DNA from: Eledone cirrhosa
Lineage: Eukaryota
Direction: 5' to 3'
NCBI GenBank assembly: GCA_964016885.1
Contig: OZ024746.1
Span: 55,552,001-55,616,000 of the forward strand
Length of the DNA: 64,000 nucleotides
Positions within the stretch are counted from its first letter, which is position 1, and each line of letters starts with the position of its first letter. The notes under the pieces were generated by a model, which saw only the letters and a program-made list of their open reading frames with translations, was not told where the DNA came from and did not search any database. Below, in pieces: positions 53,065 to 64,000 of the stretch. A program made the position numbers and the translations under genes.

Positions 53065-53835
53065 TAGATGGTGGTGGTAGTTGTTGTATTGTTAGTGGTT
53101 GGTTTTGGTGTTGATGTTGCTGTCTTTCTCGTTGTTGTTGTTGATGGTGGTGGTGGTATTGATGGTGGTGGTATTGGTGGTGGTGGTGATGGATAGTGGT
53201 GATGGTGGTGGTGGTGGTATTGTTGGTAGTGGTGGTGGTGGTAAATGTATTGATAGTGGTTGGTTTTGGTGTTGATGTTGCTGTCTTTCTCGTTGTTGTT
53301 GTTGATGATGGTGGTGGTGTTGATTGTGGTTCTGTTAGTGTTGGTGGTGGTGGTGGTGTTTGTGGTGGGGGTTATGTATAGTGGTGGTGATGGTGGTGAT
53401 GTTGGTGTTGTTGCCGTTGTTGTTGTCGATAGTGGTGGTGCTGGTGGTAGTTGTATTTATGGTGGTTGGTTTGGGTGTTGATGTTGCTGTCTTTCTCGTT
53501 GTTGTTGTTGTTGATGGTGGTGGTGGTGGTTGTGGTGGTGGTGGTGGTAGTTGTATTGATAGTGGTTGGTTTTGGTGTTGTTGTTGCTGTCTTTCTCCTT
53601 GATGTTGTTGATGGTGGTGGTGGTGTCGGTGGTGGTTATAATGGCGGAGGTGGCGATGTCGGCGGTGGTGAGGATGGTGGTGGTGGTGGTGTTGGTGGTG
53701 GTGGTGGTAGTTGTATTATAATGGTTGGCTTAGGTGTTGTTGTTGCTGTCTTTCTCCTTGTTGTTGTTGATAGTGGTGGTGGTTATAATGGCGGTGTCGG
53801 CGGCGGTGGTGATGGTGGTGGTGGTGGTGGGGTTG
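53065..53835. repeat. (GGT/GTT)n-based minisatellite with higher-order unit
   Basis: ggttggttttggtgttgatgttgctgtctttctc recurs five times separated by variable (GGT)n. Confidence 0.85.
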
Positions 53836-54047
53836 AATGAGTAGATACAATATAGAGAGTAGAGTGTGACGTTAATGATGATGGGGCTGTACGACGTGGA
53901 GTAAATTGACGGAAACTGACTGATTAAATATGAAATACAATTTTAATGCTTGGCGAATAACAAATTATGTTTGCCATTTAATTATTCTCACAGCAATATC
54001 AGCAGGAATGTAATAGTAGCTGCATCAACAACCACAGCAGCTGCCAC

Positions 54048-54050
54048 TAC

Positions 54051-54108
<58 letters not shown>

Positions 54109-54162
54109 CCAGCATCAGCAGCATTGGCTGTAGTAGTAGTAGTAATAGTAGTAGCAACAGTC

Positions 54163-54219
<57 letters not shown>

Positions 54220-54250
54220 AAAGTATCAGCAGCAGCAGTAGTAGTAGCAT
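54048..54250. repeat. (TAG)n microsatellite
   Basis: Direct reading. Confidence 0.95.
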
Positions 54251-54776
54251 TAGCAGCAACAATAGCTTATACATCAAAACTTCTAAAATAAAAAATTTTA
54301 CTTCGACTTGGTTGTAATATGTTTTCCGTAAATTTTCGAAAGAGAGATATGAAAATATACTCCTCAAGCCAAGCTGTCATACTCCAGTTCTCTTTGATGG
54401 TATGATTAGTGTGTTTGGTCGCGATCGTAAGGTCGTGTATGTCATTATTGTCGATGCGGTGTGTCATGGGGTAAGACAATTTATTTCACGTTGCTTCAGA
54501 CTATTCAGCTTGGCGGGGTAACAATTGAATTCATCTGTTTTACGCTCAATTTCCCTGAGAACTAAGCTAAATGTGGATGTCTCTGTGAAATGCTATCTCA
54601 GTTGCACGGTAATTTCCTTAGAAATATTCCGTGTAACTCTGTCAGGTGTTCACAGACCTGTACCAGTCGGTTGTGCTCAGTTGAAATGTCAGGCTTCAGG
54701 TATAGGGAAGACCAAAGTTGTGTAAGTATGAAGATTTTATCGGAAAAGCTGTAAACATTGATCAGAATAAACTCAC

Positions 54777-55164
54777 CAGTGGGTTCCGGGGACTAAGGAC
54801 AATTTTCAGAAATTCGTGTGCTGGTAAGGTTTCATGGAGGTAATGCTTCGAAACAAACTCCTCAGGTACGGAAGTGCGGTCAGACAAACGTTTCCAAGAT
54901 GTGCGCTGAGCGATGAAACAATCTGCACACATTCATCCAGTGTACGAGAATTGCTGACTTGTGGAATTTTTTTGAACAGTTTTTGTCGACCGACTCCATT
55001 GTGAAGATCGTCTGCCGACTTCTTTTTTTTTTATTTCTTGGAAGGGCAGGAAATTTTTCTCTTGCTGGAGGTGTTGGAGAACGAGGTTTTATGGTTGACT
55101 GAATAATGTCAATACAGACGCATAACACTTCAGCCAAGCCCTCAGTATCATTTTCAATTTCCAC
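54777..55164 (-). other. Candidate host exon or pseudo-exon
   Basis: Strong acceptor ccttccttcccag|GTG at 55164 and donor CTG|gtgagt near 54777; unique, protein-like sequence, but no single frame is open throughout. Confidence 0.3.
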
Positions 55165-55315
55165 CTGGGAAGGAAGGTTAATATCCCGTCAACGTTCACT
55201 TTTCCATTCATCCTTACAAGTTTGATTAATTAAATTAATGAACTGGGGTCGATTTAATAAACTTTCCACTTCCCCCAAATGTTTCGTCTTGCGCCTAAAT
55301 AAGATATCGTTGTTA

Positions 55316-55503
55316 TTGGCAGTATCAGTAGAGGGTCTGATGCCATGCTTCTCAGAATAGAGTTACGTCCCTTTAGGGTCAAAGTTCAAATCCTGTCGAG
55401 GTAAAATTTGCCTTTCATTCTTACGCGGTCGATAAAATGAAGTACCAGTAATGCACTGGGATAATCGCTGGCCTTGTGCTAAATATAGACCCAGTTATTA
55501 TTA
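55316..55503 (+). mobile_element. SINE
   Basis: Full SINE match with (ATT) tail. Confidence 0.88.
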
Positions 55504-55761
55504 TTTCTCTGTCACGCAATGTAGATGGTAAGTGCAACGGATTATTAAGTCATCCGACACATTACATCAACACATTACAACAAGGACCTTAAAATATGCG
55601 CAGTGCCTATAATGGCTGATTTTTCTATGACTCCAATCTTGCATGGTATTCCCAACCGTTTTACAAGTCTTCGTGTTTACTATTGTTGATGCTGATGATG
55701 ATTATATGATTGCGTTGTTTGACGCTATTGTGATTGTTTCCCTCATTGCTATTTGATTTGT

Positions 55762-56062
55762 TTGTGTTAGTTTGTGTGAGTGTGTGAGTTTGTGTGAATG
55801 TGTCAGTTTGTGTGAGTGCGTGTGTTTGTGTGAATGTGTGAGTTTATGTGAGTGTGTGAGTTTGTGTGAGTGTGTCAGTTTGTGTGAATGTGTCAGTTTG
55901 TGTGAGTGTGTCAGTTTGTGTGAATGTGTGAGATTGAAGTGAGTGTGTGAGTGTGTGAGTTTGTGTGAATGTGTGAGTTTGTGTGAGTGTGTGAGTTTGT
56001 GTGAGTGTGTGAGTTTGTGTGAGTGTGTGAGTTTGTGTGAGTGTGTCAGTTTGTGTGAGTGC
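55762..56062. repeat. 18-bp minisatellite (agtttgtgtgagtgtgtg)n
   Basis: About 16 units read directly. Confidence 0.92.
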
Positions 56063-56367
56063 TTGTGTGTGTGTGGGGAGGGAGTCTGTGGAGTGATCCA
56101 TACTGTCTTATTTGTTTTCCGTATTCCATTTTTGCTCTGGTAACTTTGATAAGTGAAGCATATTGTTGCTACGGTTGTATAATCAATCAATGAATCTGAT
56201 CTAGCCATTAGTTAAGCACAAGCCTTATCAATTATCGATTCCATGGCATTTAAATATCTCAGCATTTCTCTGATCATTATCAATCAAAACAAAAGAGAGA
56301 AAACCGTGGATCAGTTTTAAACAACAAAAAACGAATAACATCATCCCCTTAGTTTTTCCCATTCAAA

Positions 56368-56435
56368 ATCTTCTTCTTCTTCTTCTTCTTCTTCTTCTTC
56401 TTCTTCTTCTTCTTCTTCTTCTTCTTCTTCTTCTT

Positions 56436-56465
<30 letters not shown>
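56368..56465. repeat. (TTC)n microsatellite
   Basis: Direct reading. Confidence 0.95.
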
Positions 56466-56466
<1 letters not shown>

Positions 56467-56506
56467 AATTAGAAGGCATATAACTATAGCAGATATATAT
56501 CTATAT

Positions 56507-56664
56507 AAATAGCGGGACACAAGGCAGGCTTTGTTTACAAAAGGTTTTATTAGAATCCCAACAAACAGACTAGTTTTATATTGTCAAATATTGCGTAGGC
56601 ACATGTTAGTACCTAATTTTAAGATTCGCTAACCGTTTCTAAATAAAGCCTGCTTCGTGTCCCC

Positions 56665-56670
<6 letters not shown>
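56507..56670. mobile_element. MITE-like element with ~40-bp terminal inverted repeats in (TA)n
   Basis: aaatagcgggacacaaggcaggctttgtttacaaaaggtt versus reverse complement of aaccgtttctaaataaagcctgcttcgtgtccccctattt. Confidence 0.7.
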
Positions 56671-56704
<34 letters not shown>

Positions 56705-56709
56705 GGAGG

Positions 56710-56789
<80 letters not shown>

Positions 56790-57639
56790 TATGAGTGTGT
56801 GTGTGTCTGTGTGTGTGTTTATATACTTTCTATACCGATCCGACGTCTCCCATTGTTTCGAGTACTGACATAATTAGTGGTCTCCTCGGTCCCAGTATCG
56901 CAGATTATATATATATATATGACGGAAGAATAGGGGAGCAGATGACCTGTTGGCGATACAGAATGGCCCGAAGAACAATGAACATCTATGGCGTCCGGAT
57001 GTCGAAACGATCCTACACTCTTTCGACTTCTTCCCCTAGTCCAATCGTTGTCACAATATCAAAGAATTTAGTTAAACATTCACCCGGAGTGCTCATTAAT
57101 CATGGTGTTGTGGCTCGAACAATCTCGATTTATTTCGTGGATTCACTTATGCTGGATTCCGGACATTAATGCGATTTTTAGACTGGTTGATGAGAATAAT
57201 GTTGGTGGCCATGTCTTTTGTGGATAAAATGAGATCCTTACGAATATGTTGAAATAAAAATGTAAACAATTCCTTTTTAAAAGATCAATTAACTCTATAT
57301 CCTCCCAGAAGTTTCCGAATGTATCTAATTTATTTCCACTCAGATTCCACAAATTTCTCCTTCTGTAGATCAGCACGTTCGAGCACTAGAAACAAAGTTG
57401 TATTATACTGGTAAGCTAAGATTGTGTGTCAAATCATGCAATGTATATTTCGGATATATATTTGTATGTTGAATCCAAAGTGTTTGCGGGATGGCTATGT
57501 CACCAGTAGTTTACTTGCTCCAGATTATAACAGGAACATTAATGATAAAATAGAAAAACAGTGGTCGACTATCAAAATGTAGTAAATGACAAAACACATC
57601 ATATCACCGATAGTGATTATCTACCGATTAAAACATGCA

Positions 57640-57707
<68 letters not shown>

Positions 57708-57921
57708 AGTAAAATCAAAGTATGGTGGTGGCCAAATCCACAAGGTAACAATTAGGTTTGCACGAAACACTCAGTAAGTATGTATCGATAAATAGATAGG
57801 CTACACCTTAGAGTAAATAACATGCGTTAGATAGGGTAACAAATTCAAAATGTGGCTATGGGATATAGCCACATAATTCGCCAAAACAGCAAAATACAAT
57901 CAGGTTATAAGTAGACACATA

Positions 57922-57974
<53 letters not shown>

Positions 57975-58010
57975 ATGTGTGTGTGTGTGTGTGTATGCGT
58001 GTGTGTGTGT

Positions 58011-58067
<57 letters not shown>

Positions 58068-58084
58068 TTTACTCATATATGGCA

Positions 58085-58450
58085 TTCTCGGTCATATCTG
58101 ACGATGGACTTGTACCTGGAACGTTCTTCTACAACTTCCAATTTGGGACTGGACAAGATAATGTTTTGTAGAAGACCAGCAGTTGCGAGCGTTTACAACA
58201 TTTTCCTTTCCATGACACCGATTTGTCCAAGGGAAAGCTACAGGCAGAATAGCATGGCACCAATGACGCCGCAGCTGACCTTAAAACGCAAAGGCCCGAA
58301 AGAGATACCGCAAGGTATTACGTCTAACACTCCATCAATTTCACCAATCTACCAGTCTTAAATTTCATTTCATTCACTGACCTTGATAACATTAAATGAG
58401 CCGTTTTCCTTGATGAGATGTCAAACCAATACCTAGTGAACCGTAAAAAA
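58085..58450 (-). pseudogene. Possible highly decayed mariner transposase fragment
   Basis: Across frameshifts: LIKENG..KVS..VP and VH..YD.E, loosely resembling KVSARWVP and DETWVH.YDPE. Confidence 0.2.
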
Positions 58451-58785
58451 ACATTGCACAGTGTTTTAATCTGATGATCTACAAAATTTGTCAATGTTTT
58501 GTCTAGAACAGAATAATATTACAAGTAATATTTATTCATACAACCAAAAGAATTTGAAGCCAAACAACTGCAATGGTCCCTGTGGTGAAATTTAAACATG
58601 CCCGTCCCACTAAACAGTTAATCTAAGAAATTACTGAAATATCACGAATGTTTATGTTCAGATTATTGAAGATCAATCTATTGAGTGAAATTTAACTCAC
58701 ATTTTTTTCATTCTGATGCATCTCAAATTACATTTACACATATGTGACATGAAATGCATATATTATGGTTACACTCATCCGCCCA

Positions 58786-58823
<38 letters not shown>

Positions 58824-58935
58824 TGTGTATTTGTGTGTGGCATGTATATAACTTCTATATAATTATATATATCATACATATATATATTGTTATACTTGGG
58901 GAGGGTCATATTTATATATATAAATATATATATAC

Positions 58936-58967
<32 letters not shown>

Positions 58968-58968
58968 G

Positions 58969-59031
<63 letters not shown>

Positions 59032-59036
<5 letters not shown>

Positions 59037-61010
59037 CATCAGGAGGATCCGTTGGAGGGCCTACCACCACAACAACAGGAGGCCCCTGGATCAACTGACG
59101 ATCCCACCAACCAAATAAAAAGAGTTTTTAAATCAACGAAAAACCCACCGCACAACCCATTCCTAGAGGGGTTTGAGAGCAGGATCATTACCATGGTACG
59201 GACAATTAGATTCAGGAAACCACCGCGAAACCCTGACAGAAGTGCATTCCTGTCTGGGCTCACCTCAACCATAAAAAGATCAAGAATACCTCTGGCATTA
59301 TCGTACCAGCCGATAAAACAGGAAATCTATACAATTTGGCGTACAAAACCTACAACAAATGCATTACAAACGAAATCGCTAAAATATACAAAACATCAAG
59401 ACGAGAAAACCTAGCACACATAAACAAACAGGCGAAAACAATAATGACAGAACTGAGTATTGACGACAAGACCTATCCTTACAACCCTAGAACACCGAGA
59501 ATATACATTAAATACCATAAACCGAACTTCCAGCCCAAACTACCGGTCAGGCTCACAGCCCATTCCAAATCGGACCTAGGTAGACTTAGCAAATCAATCA
59601 TTGACCGAAGTATACCTGAACTTAGAAATAGAACTAAACTCAGCCTATGGTCTTGTACAAAGGAGGTAATCGACTGGGTTTGTGCCATTGAAACTAAGTC
59701 GAATGTTCGATTAGTCCAATTGGACATTACGAACTACTACGCCTCTATATCCCCAATCATCCTTAACAAGGCACTGATCTCAGACATGAACAGATCAAGC
59801 CTCACTAGAAAGGAAGTGGACGGAAGATTGTGGGAACGACAAAATAGACCAGATAACTTCGACATCACCATGGGATCGACTGACTCCGCACAGGTTACAT
59901 ATATAGTAGGAATATACCTCCTAAATATATTAACAGACGAGATCCACTCCTTGGGCGGTGGCTTATAACGGGACGATGCCCTAATATTGACCCGTGGACT
60001 CAATAATAGCCAATTAAATAGACTACACGAACGACTTAGGTACATCTTTAAGACCCATGTTTAGCAGTAGAAATTGAACCTAACAATAGGACAGTAAACT
60101 TTTTAGATGTCACCCTAGAATTAGAATCAGGCCTCTATGGTCCATACCACAAAACTAATGAACAACTTAAATACGTCAACAGACACTCCAACCACCCTAG
60201 GAGCATAATTAACTCAATAGTTAAAAGCGTCTCCAATAGAGTGTCCACCCTGTCGGCTAATGAAAACATCTTCAAGCAGCACGCGAAATATTACAACTCT
60301 GCACTTGTAAACGCTGGTTATACTGAGAAGATTTATTACATCGACCCAAATAGAACCGTAACGCCGCTAAACATAACCGGACCCTTAGAAATGAACATAG
60401 AAGAAATCCCCGCACCTAGGACAAACAGTAACCTAAGACCTTCCATAGCCGGCAGTCCAGACAGCGCCACACATAACTGTCTAGGAGATAAAGCCACCTC
60501 CAACCCCAATAACGACTCCGACTATCGCACACGTTTGCGTACCAATATAGACAAATGAGATAACGCCAATAGATTACTTGGAACCACTATGACACATACG
60601 CCTGACCAAAACACGCACAAACCACCAGCCAACCAGAAAAACCTCACTAAACACCGCAGAAACCGAAGTAGACCTGTCACATGGTATAACACCCTGTATT
60701 CTATACACGTCGCCACTAACATACCGGGAACCTTCTTTAGGGCTCTAGAACAATCTTTTCCACGCACACACAAATACCACAAGCTCTTCAATAGACACAC
60801 CGTAAAATTCTCTTCCTCCACAGCACCAAATCTAGGCCACACTAATAGGGCAAACATACGAAGACACATGGTTTTCCCACAACAAACCACCACCACAACC
60901 CAGAACGAAACCACACACACAACACAACACAACAACCCATACTCCAGACCCACACCGCATGACACCAACCGCCAACGTGCCACCATACCAGTTACACCCA
61001 ACTGTACCAA
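59032..61010 (+). mobile_element. Decayed Naiad-type PLE, interrupted before its endonuclease by the LINE
   Basis: VRLTAHSKSDLGRLSK, QLDITNYYASI, FDITMGSTDSAQVT, GL(Y)RDDAL, NFLDVTL, SNHP, FPRTHKYHKLFNRHTVKFS; starts at (TA)n. Confidence 0.92.
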
Positions 61011-61379
61011 CAATAACACCAACAACATCACCAACAACAACACCAAAAATAACAGCGGTAAAGTCAAGAACGACAATAACAAAAATAACAGCGGTAAGGT
61101 CGAGAACGACAATAACAAAAATAACAGCGGTAAGGTCGAGAACGACAATAACAATGACAATAACAACAGCCACAACAACAATAATAGTAGGAACAGTATC
61201 AACAAAAACAACAATAATAACAACAGCCACAATAGCAGTAACAGCAGCAACAGTATCAACGAAAATAACACCAACAACTGTACCAGCGAAAACAACAACA
61301 ATGACACCGATACCTCTAATAGCGACCTCAGCACCACCAGTAAGACCAGTAGCGGCAGCAATAGTGGTGCTGCTGCAAA

Positions 61380-62880
61380 AGGGACCACTTCGTTTGCAGG
61401 TGTCGCCCGAAATATCGAGACAGTTTTAGTCACAGAGGAGGAGATGGCAGTCGCAAGGGCCATGGTGACAAGAAGCGCAAATAGAGTTTCCCTGAAACCT
61501 CCACCCGATTTTTTCAAGGACCAGCAGCTACGAACGGTGACTTACCGCACCGTAAGCAAAATCTCACATCGAGTGGAGAGAGCCACAGAGGCTCAAATCC
61601 AAAAGGCCTTGGGGTGCGTCTGGGCACGCAAATCCAACATCACCCGAGGCATAAAGTACGCCACAGTAGACGTACTTTTCGCAACCCCCCAGGAAGCAAA
61701 GTCTCACACTTTAGAAACCCTAAAGAGTGAGGAGTTATTCTTGGTGCCCCCCTACTGCGGGCAGAAAATTGTGAGAGTCAAAGTGACCCAGGTCCCACCC
61801 GACGTGCCCATACCTTGGCTGGCCGCGTCTGACGTCTGTACTTGCTGGAATTGAGAACAGGGCGACCATGCTGCAAGTAGAAAAAATATGGAGAGAGAAC
61901 TGGTCAGGTATAGGCATGCAAATGCTTATACAAACTGAGCAGGAATGTATCGAGGCTATCCCCGATATCATAGACTTTGAGGAAGGAATCCAACTCCCTA
62001 TAAGTGTTGAAGGAAGACGGCCAAAATGTTATCTCTGTGGGTGGAAAGGTCACCTCAGGGCCTTTTGCCCGAGAAGACACCGAAGAGGGCCCCTCTCCTT
62101 CCAATACCTGGTCCGCTGCTACCAAGAGCAGGACAGGCAACAAACGAGGAAGCCCCTTCCACGGTGAGTAGGAGGGCAACGTCCGTAGCACCCGTACCAA
62201 GGCCACGGATAACTAAAGCAGCATCATCATCAGTAACGGCAACACCAATAGCTACATTTGAAATAGCTACACCAGCAACAGCATTGCCGAAGAGGGCTCC
62301 ACTACCACCACCAACAGCCGTGGAGCACATACCCCTCCCAGACGCCACGGAATCCGATATGGAGTTTGAGGCGGGAGTAACGTGGCAAACAGTTCTGCCA
62401 CAAAAAAAAAACCCCAAAAAACCTTAGATTCACCCTCCAAAAGCGAAGGCATACAAAGAGGGGTAAAGGCAACAAGGAAACTTGCAGCAACACCACCACA
62501 AACACCAACAACGCAAACACAACAAGACACACTAAACAGCAACAATAAGAAAACGGCAACAAAATCACCCCACCCCCCAAAATGTACACAGCCATAAACA
62601 TAGCAAAAAAAGAACTCATAAAATATATAAAGCAGCACACAGACATCACGGAAAAAAATTACTACACCCCACCAGCACCAAGAACTCTCCCGACAAACAT
62701 AAGCATCATCGAAATCTCAATAGAACAATACAAAACTTTAAAACAAAAATTCCCCAACGCAGTTGGAGACTTCAGAGGGACAGTTACCAAGAGGATATAC
62801 ATTGACATCCTCTTGGAAACACCCACAACCAGCGAAAGGGACGGTTCTACTGTCCCTTCACCACACGAACAAGGTAAGTG
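61380..62880 (+). pseudogene. LINE ORF1 (gag-like) remnant
   Basis: SFAGVA, RVKVTQVPPDVP, VEGRRPKCYLCGWKGHLRAFCP, WQTV..KK across several frameshifts. Confidence 0.8.
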
Positions 62881-62912
62881 ACCCTTTCTCATTTGCTCCG
62901 TTTCTCATCCAA

Positions 62913-64000
62913 CATGGCTGTACTCAGAATAGGCAGTATAAATGCACGTGGCCTGGGTCATCTTGGAAGCAGGGTCACCTGCTCAATGACCTCAGGTCAC
63001 TCAACATAGATGTGGTGGCCATCAGTGAAACCAGAATCTCCGAGGCACGGGCCTTCGCACCGATCTTCGGCGGCTACGATGTATACGCATCTCCCAGCCG
63101 TCCAGGATCGGGGGGAGGGGTTGCCGTCCTTTTTCGGAGAGGCTTGGATCTCGCTATACGGGCCATCTTCCTGGACCCAGAAGGTAAGTCGGTTGTGCTG
63201 GACGTGACCGGCAGCGAAGGCAATGCTTTCAGGCTAGTAGCCTCTACGCCCCAACAGGGGCAGGACGGCCAGATTTCTTCAAACGTCTAGAGACCTTTCT
63301 TGGAACGTCCCGCTTTTAGTGTTAGTGGGCGACTGGAACGGTATCTTGGATGCACGCTGGGATCGTGTGGGGCTAGTGGATAGGGGAGAAGGGTGCAATA
63401 GCCTCACCAACCTGCTCAGACGTTTTGAACTGTCTGACAGGTATCGACTGGATCACCCAAATGTGCCAATGTGGACATGGACAAACCGCATCGGGTCATC
63501 CAGATCGTATCTAGATAGGGTATTCTGCAGGGAACTAGATAAGGCTAGTATAAGTTGTCCACAATTTAAAATAGTCGACTCCACAGACCACAAATTTGTG
63601 ATCTGTTAGATCGACATAGACAGACTTCATAGACAAGAGCCTGGTTACTGGAAGCTGAACGCGTCTTTCCCGGTGCGCAAGGCCTACAGACACCGGATTA
63701 GCGTATCAGTTAAGCGGGCGTTGACGGAAGCGGTCGTCAACAACAGGTGGTGGTTCGCCCTGAAAAGGGCAATTAAAGTAGAGTCGATTAGGTTTAGCAA
63801 AGGAGTAGTGATAGAGGAAAATAGAGTAGAGGGAGAGCTAGTTACAAAGCTAGAAGAGGCGTTTAGGACAGGCATCGCAAACGACATGCTTGCGGCGAGA
63901 TTAGCACTCGACCAATTCTTCAACGCAAAACACGAAGGCTGCGTTGTCAGAGGTAGAGCGCGTGTTCTGAAACACGAGGGGACAAAAGCCGTCCAATGGA
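62913..64000 (+). pseudogene. LINE ORF2 apurinic endonuclease and downstream linker
   Basis: (IN)ARGL, DVVAISETR, GGVAVLF, LVGDWN, WTW..SYLDRVF, TDHK, GYWKLNAS, VVRGRA. Confidence 0.88.

Larger units (their letters stand above)
61010..64000 (+). mobile_element. Tx1/L1-group non-LTR retrotransposon, 5' portion (frameshifted), continues beyond window
   Basis: ORF1 with CCHC knuckle; ORF2 with APE motifs; 5' boundary lies within an (AAC)-rich tract and is approximate. Confidence 0.88.

Noticed and set aside
56930-57380. FYPQKTWPP motif hinting at a Tc1/mariner transposase
   Set aside because: Only one short motif; the following SPDLNP signature and TIRs are not recognisable.
60522-61517. 331-aa Leu-rich minus-strand ORF resembling a membrane protein
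   Set aside because: Antisense reading of the (AAC)-rich tract.

Overview
AT-rich, microsatellite-laden animal (non-prokaryotic) DNA that is almost entirely transposon-derived. The abundant ~190-bp tRNA-type SINE resembles, from recall, the one that dominates octopus genomes, so an octopod cephalopod is the likely source (inference). Most ORF-track entries are translations of simple repeats. The real content is: (i) six decayed Penelope-like retroelements (PLEs) of the Naiad type (RT with MGSxDxAxVxxLVG and LYRDD motifs, C-terminal GIY-YIG endonuclease), plus many short PLE 3'-end fragments, nearly all embedded in (TA)n; (ii) about ten type-I hammerhead ribozyme motifs in PLE 3' ends; (iii) a Tx1-like LINE at the right end and two older fragments of that type; (iv) about 20 SINE copies; (v) relics of hAT, Tc1/mariner and Chapaev3-like DNA transposons; (vi) one possible host exon near 54.8-55.2 kb. 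The most striking pattern is that six insertions from about four PLE 3'-end families share one architecture. The far end is an inverted copy of the element's own 3' region, starting at a family-specific point ~83-98 nt inside the 3' end and leaving a single-copy tail. Three are compact fold-back palindromes, and one turns on what looks like stem II of its own hammerhead. Also seen: a TGA at a conserved Cys codon of one PLE (possible selenocysteine relic), and a coding-like 322-bp insert between duplicated ribozyme halves. Coordinates were read by eye and are approximate at decayed boundaries.
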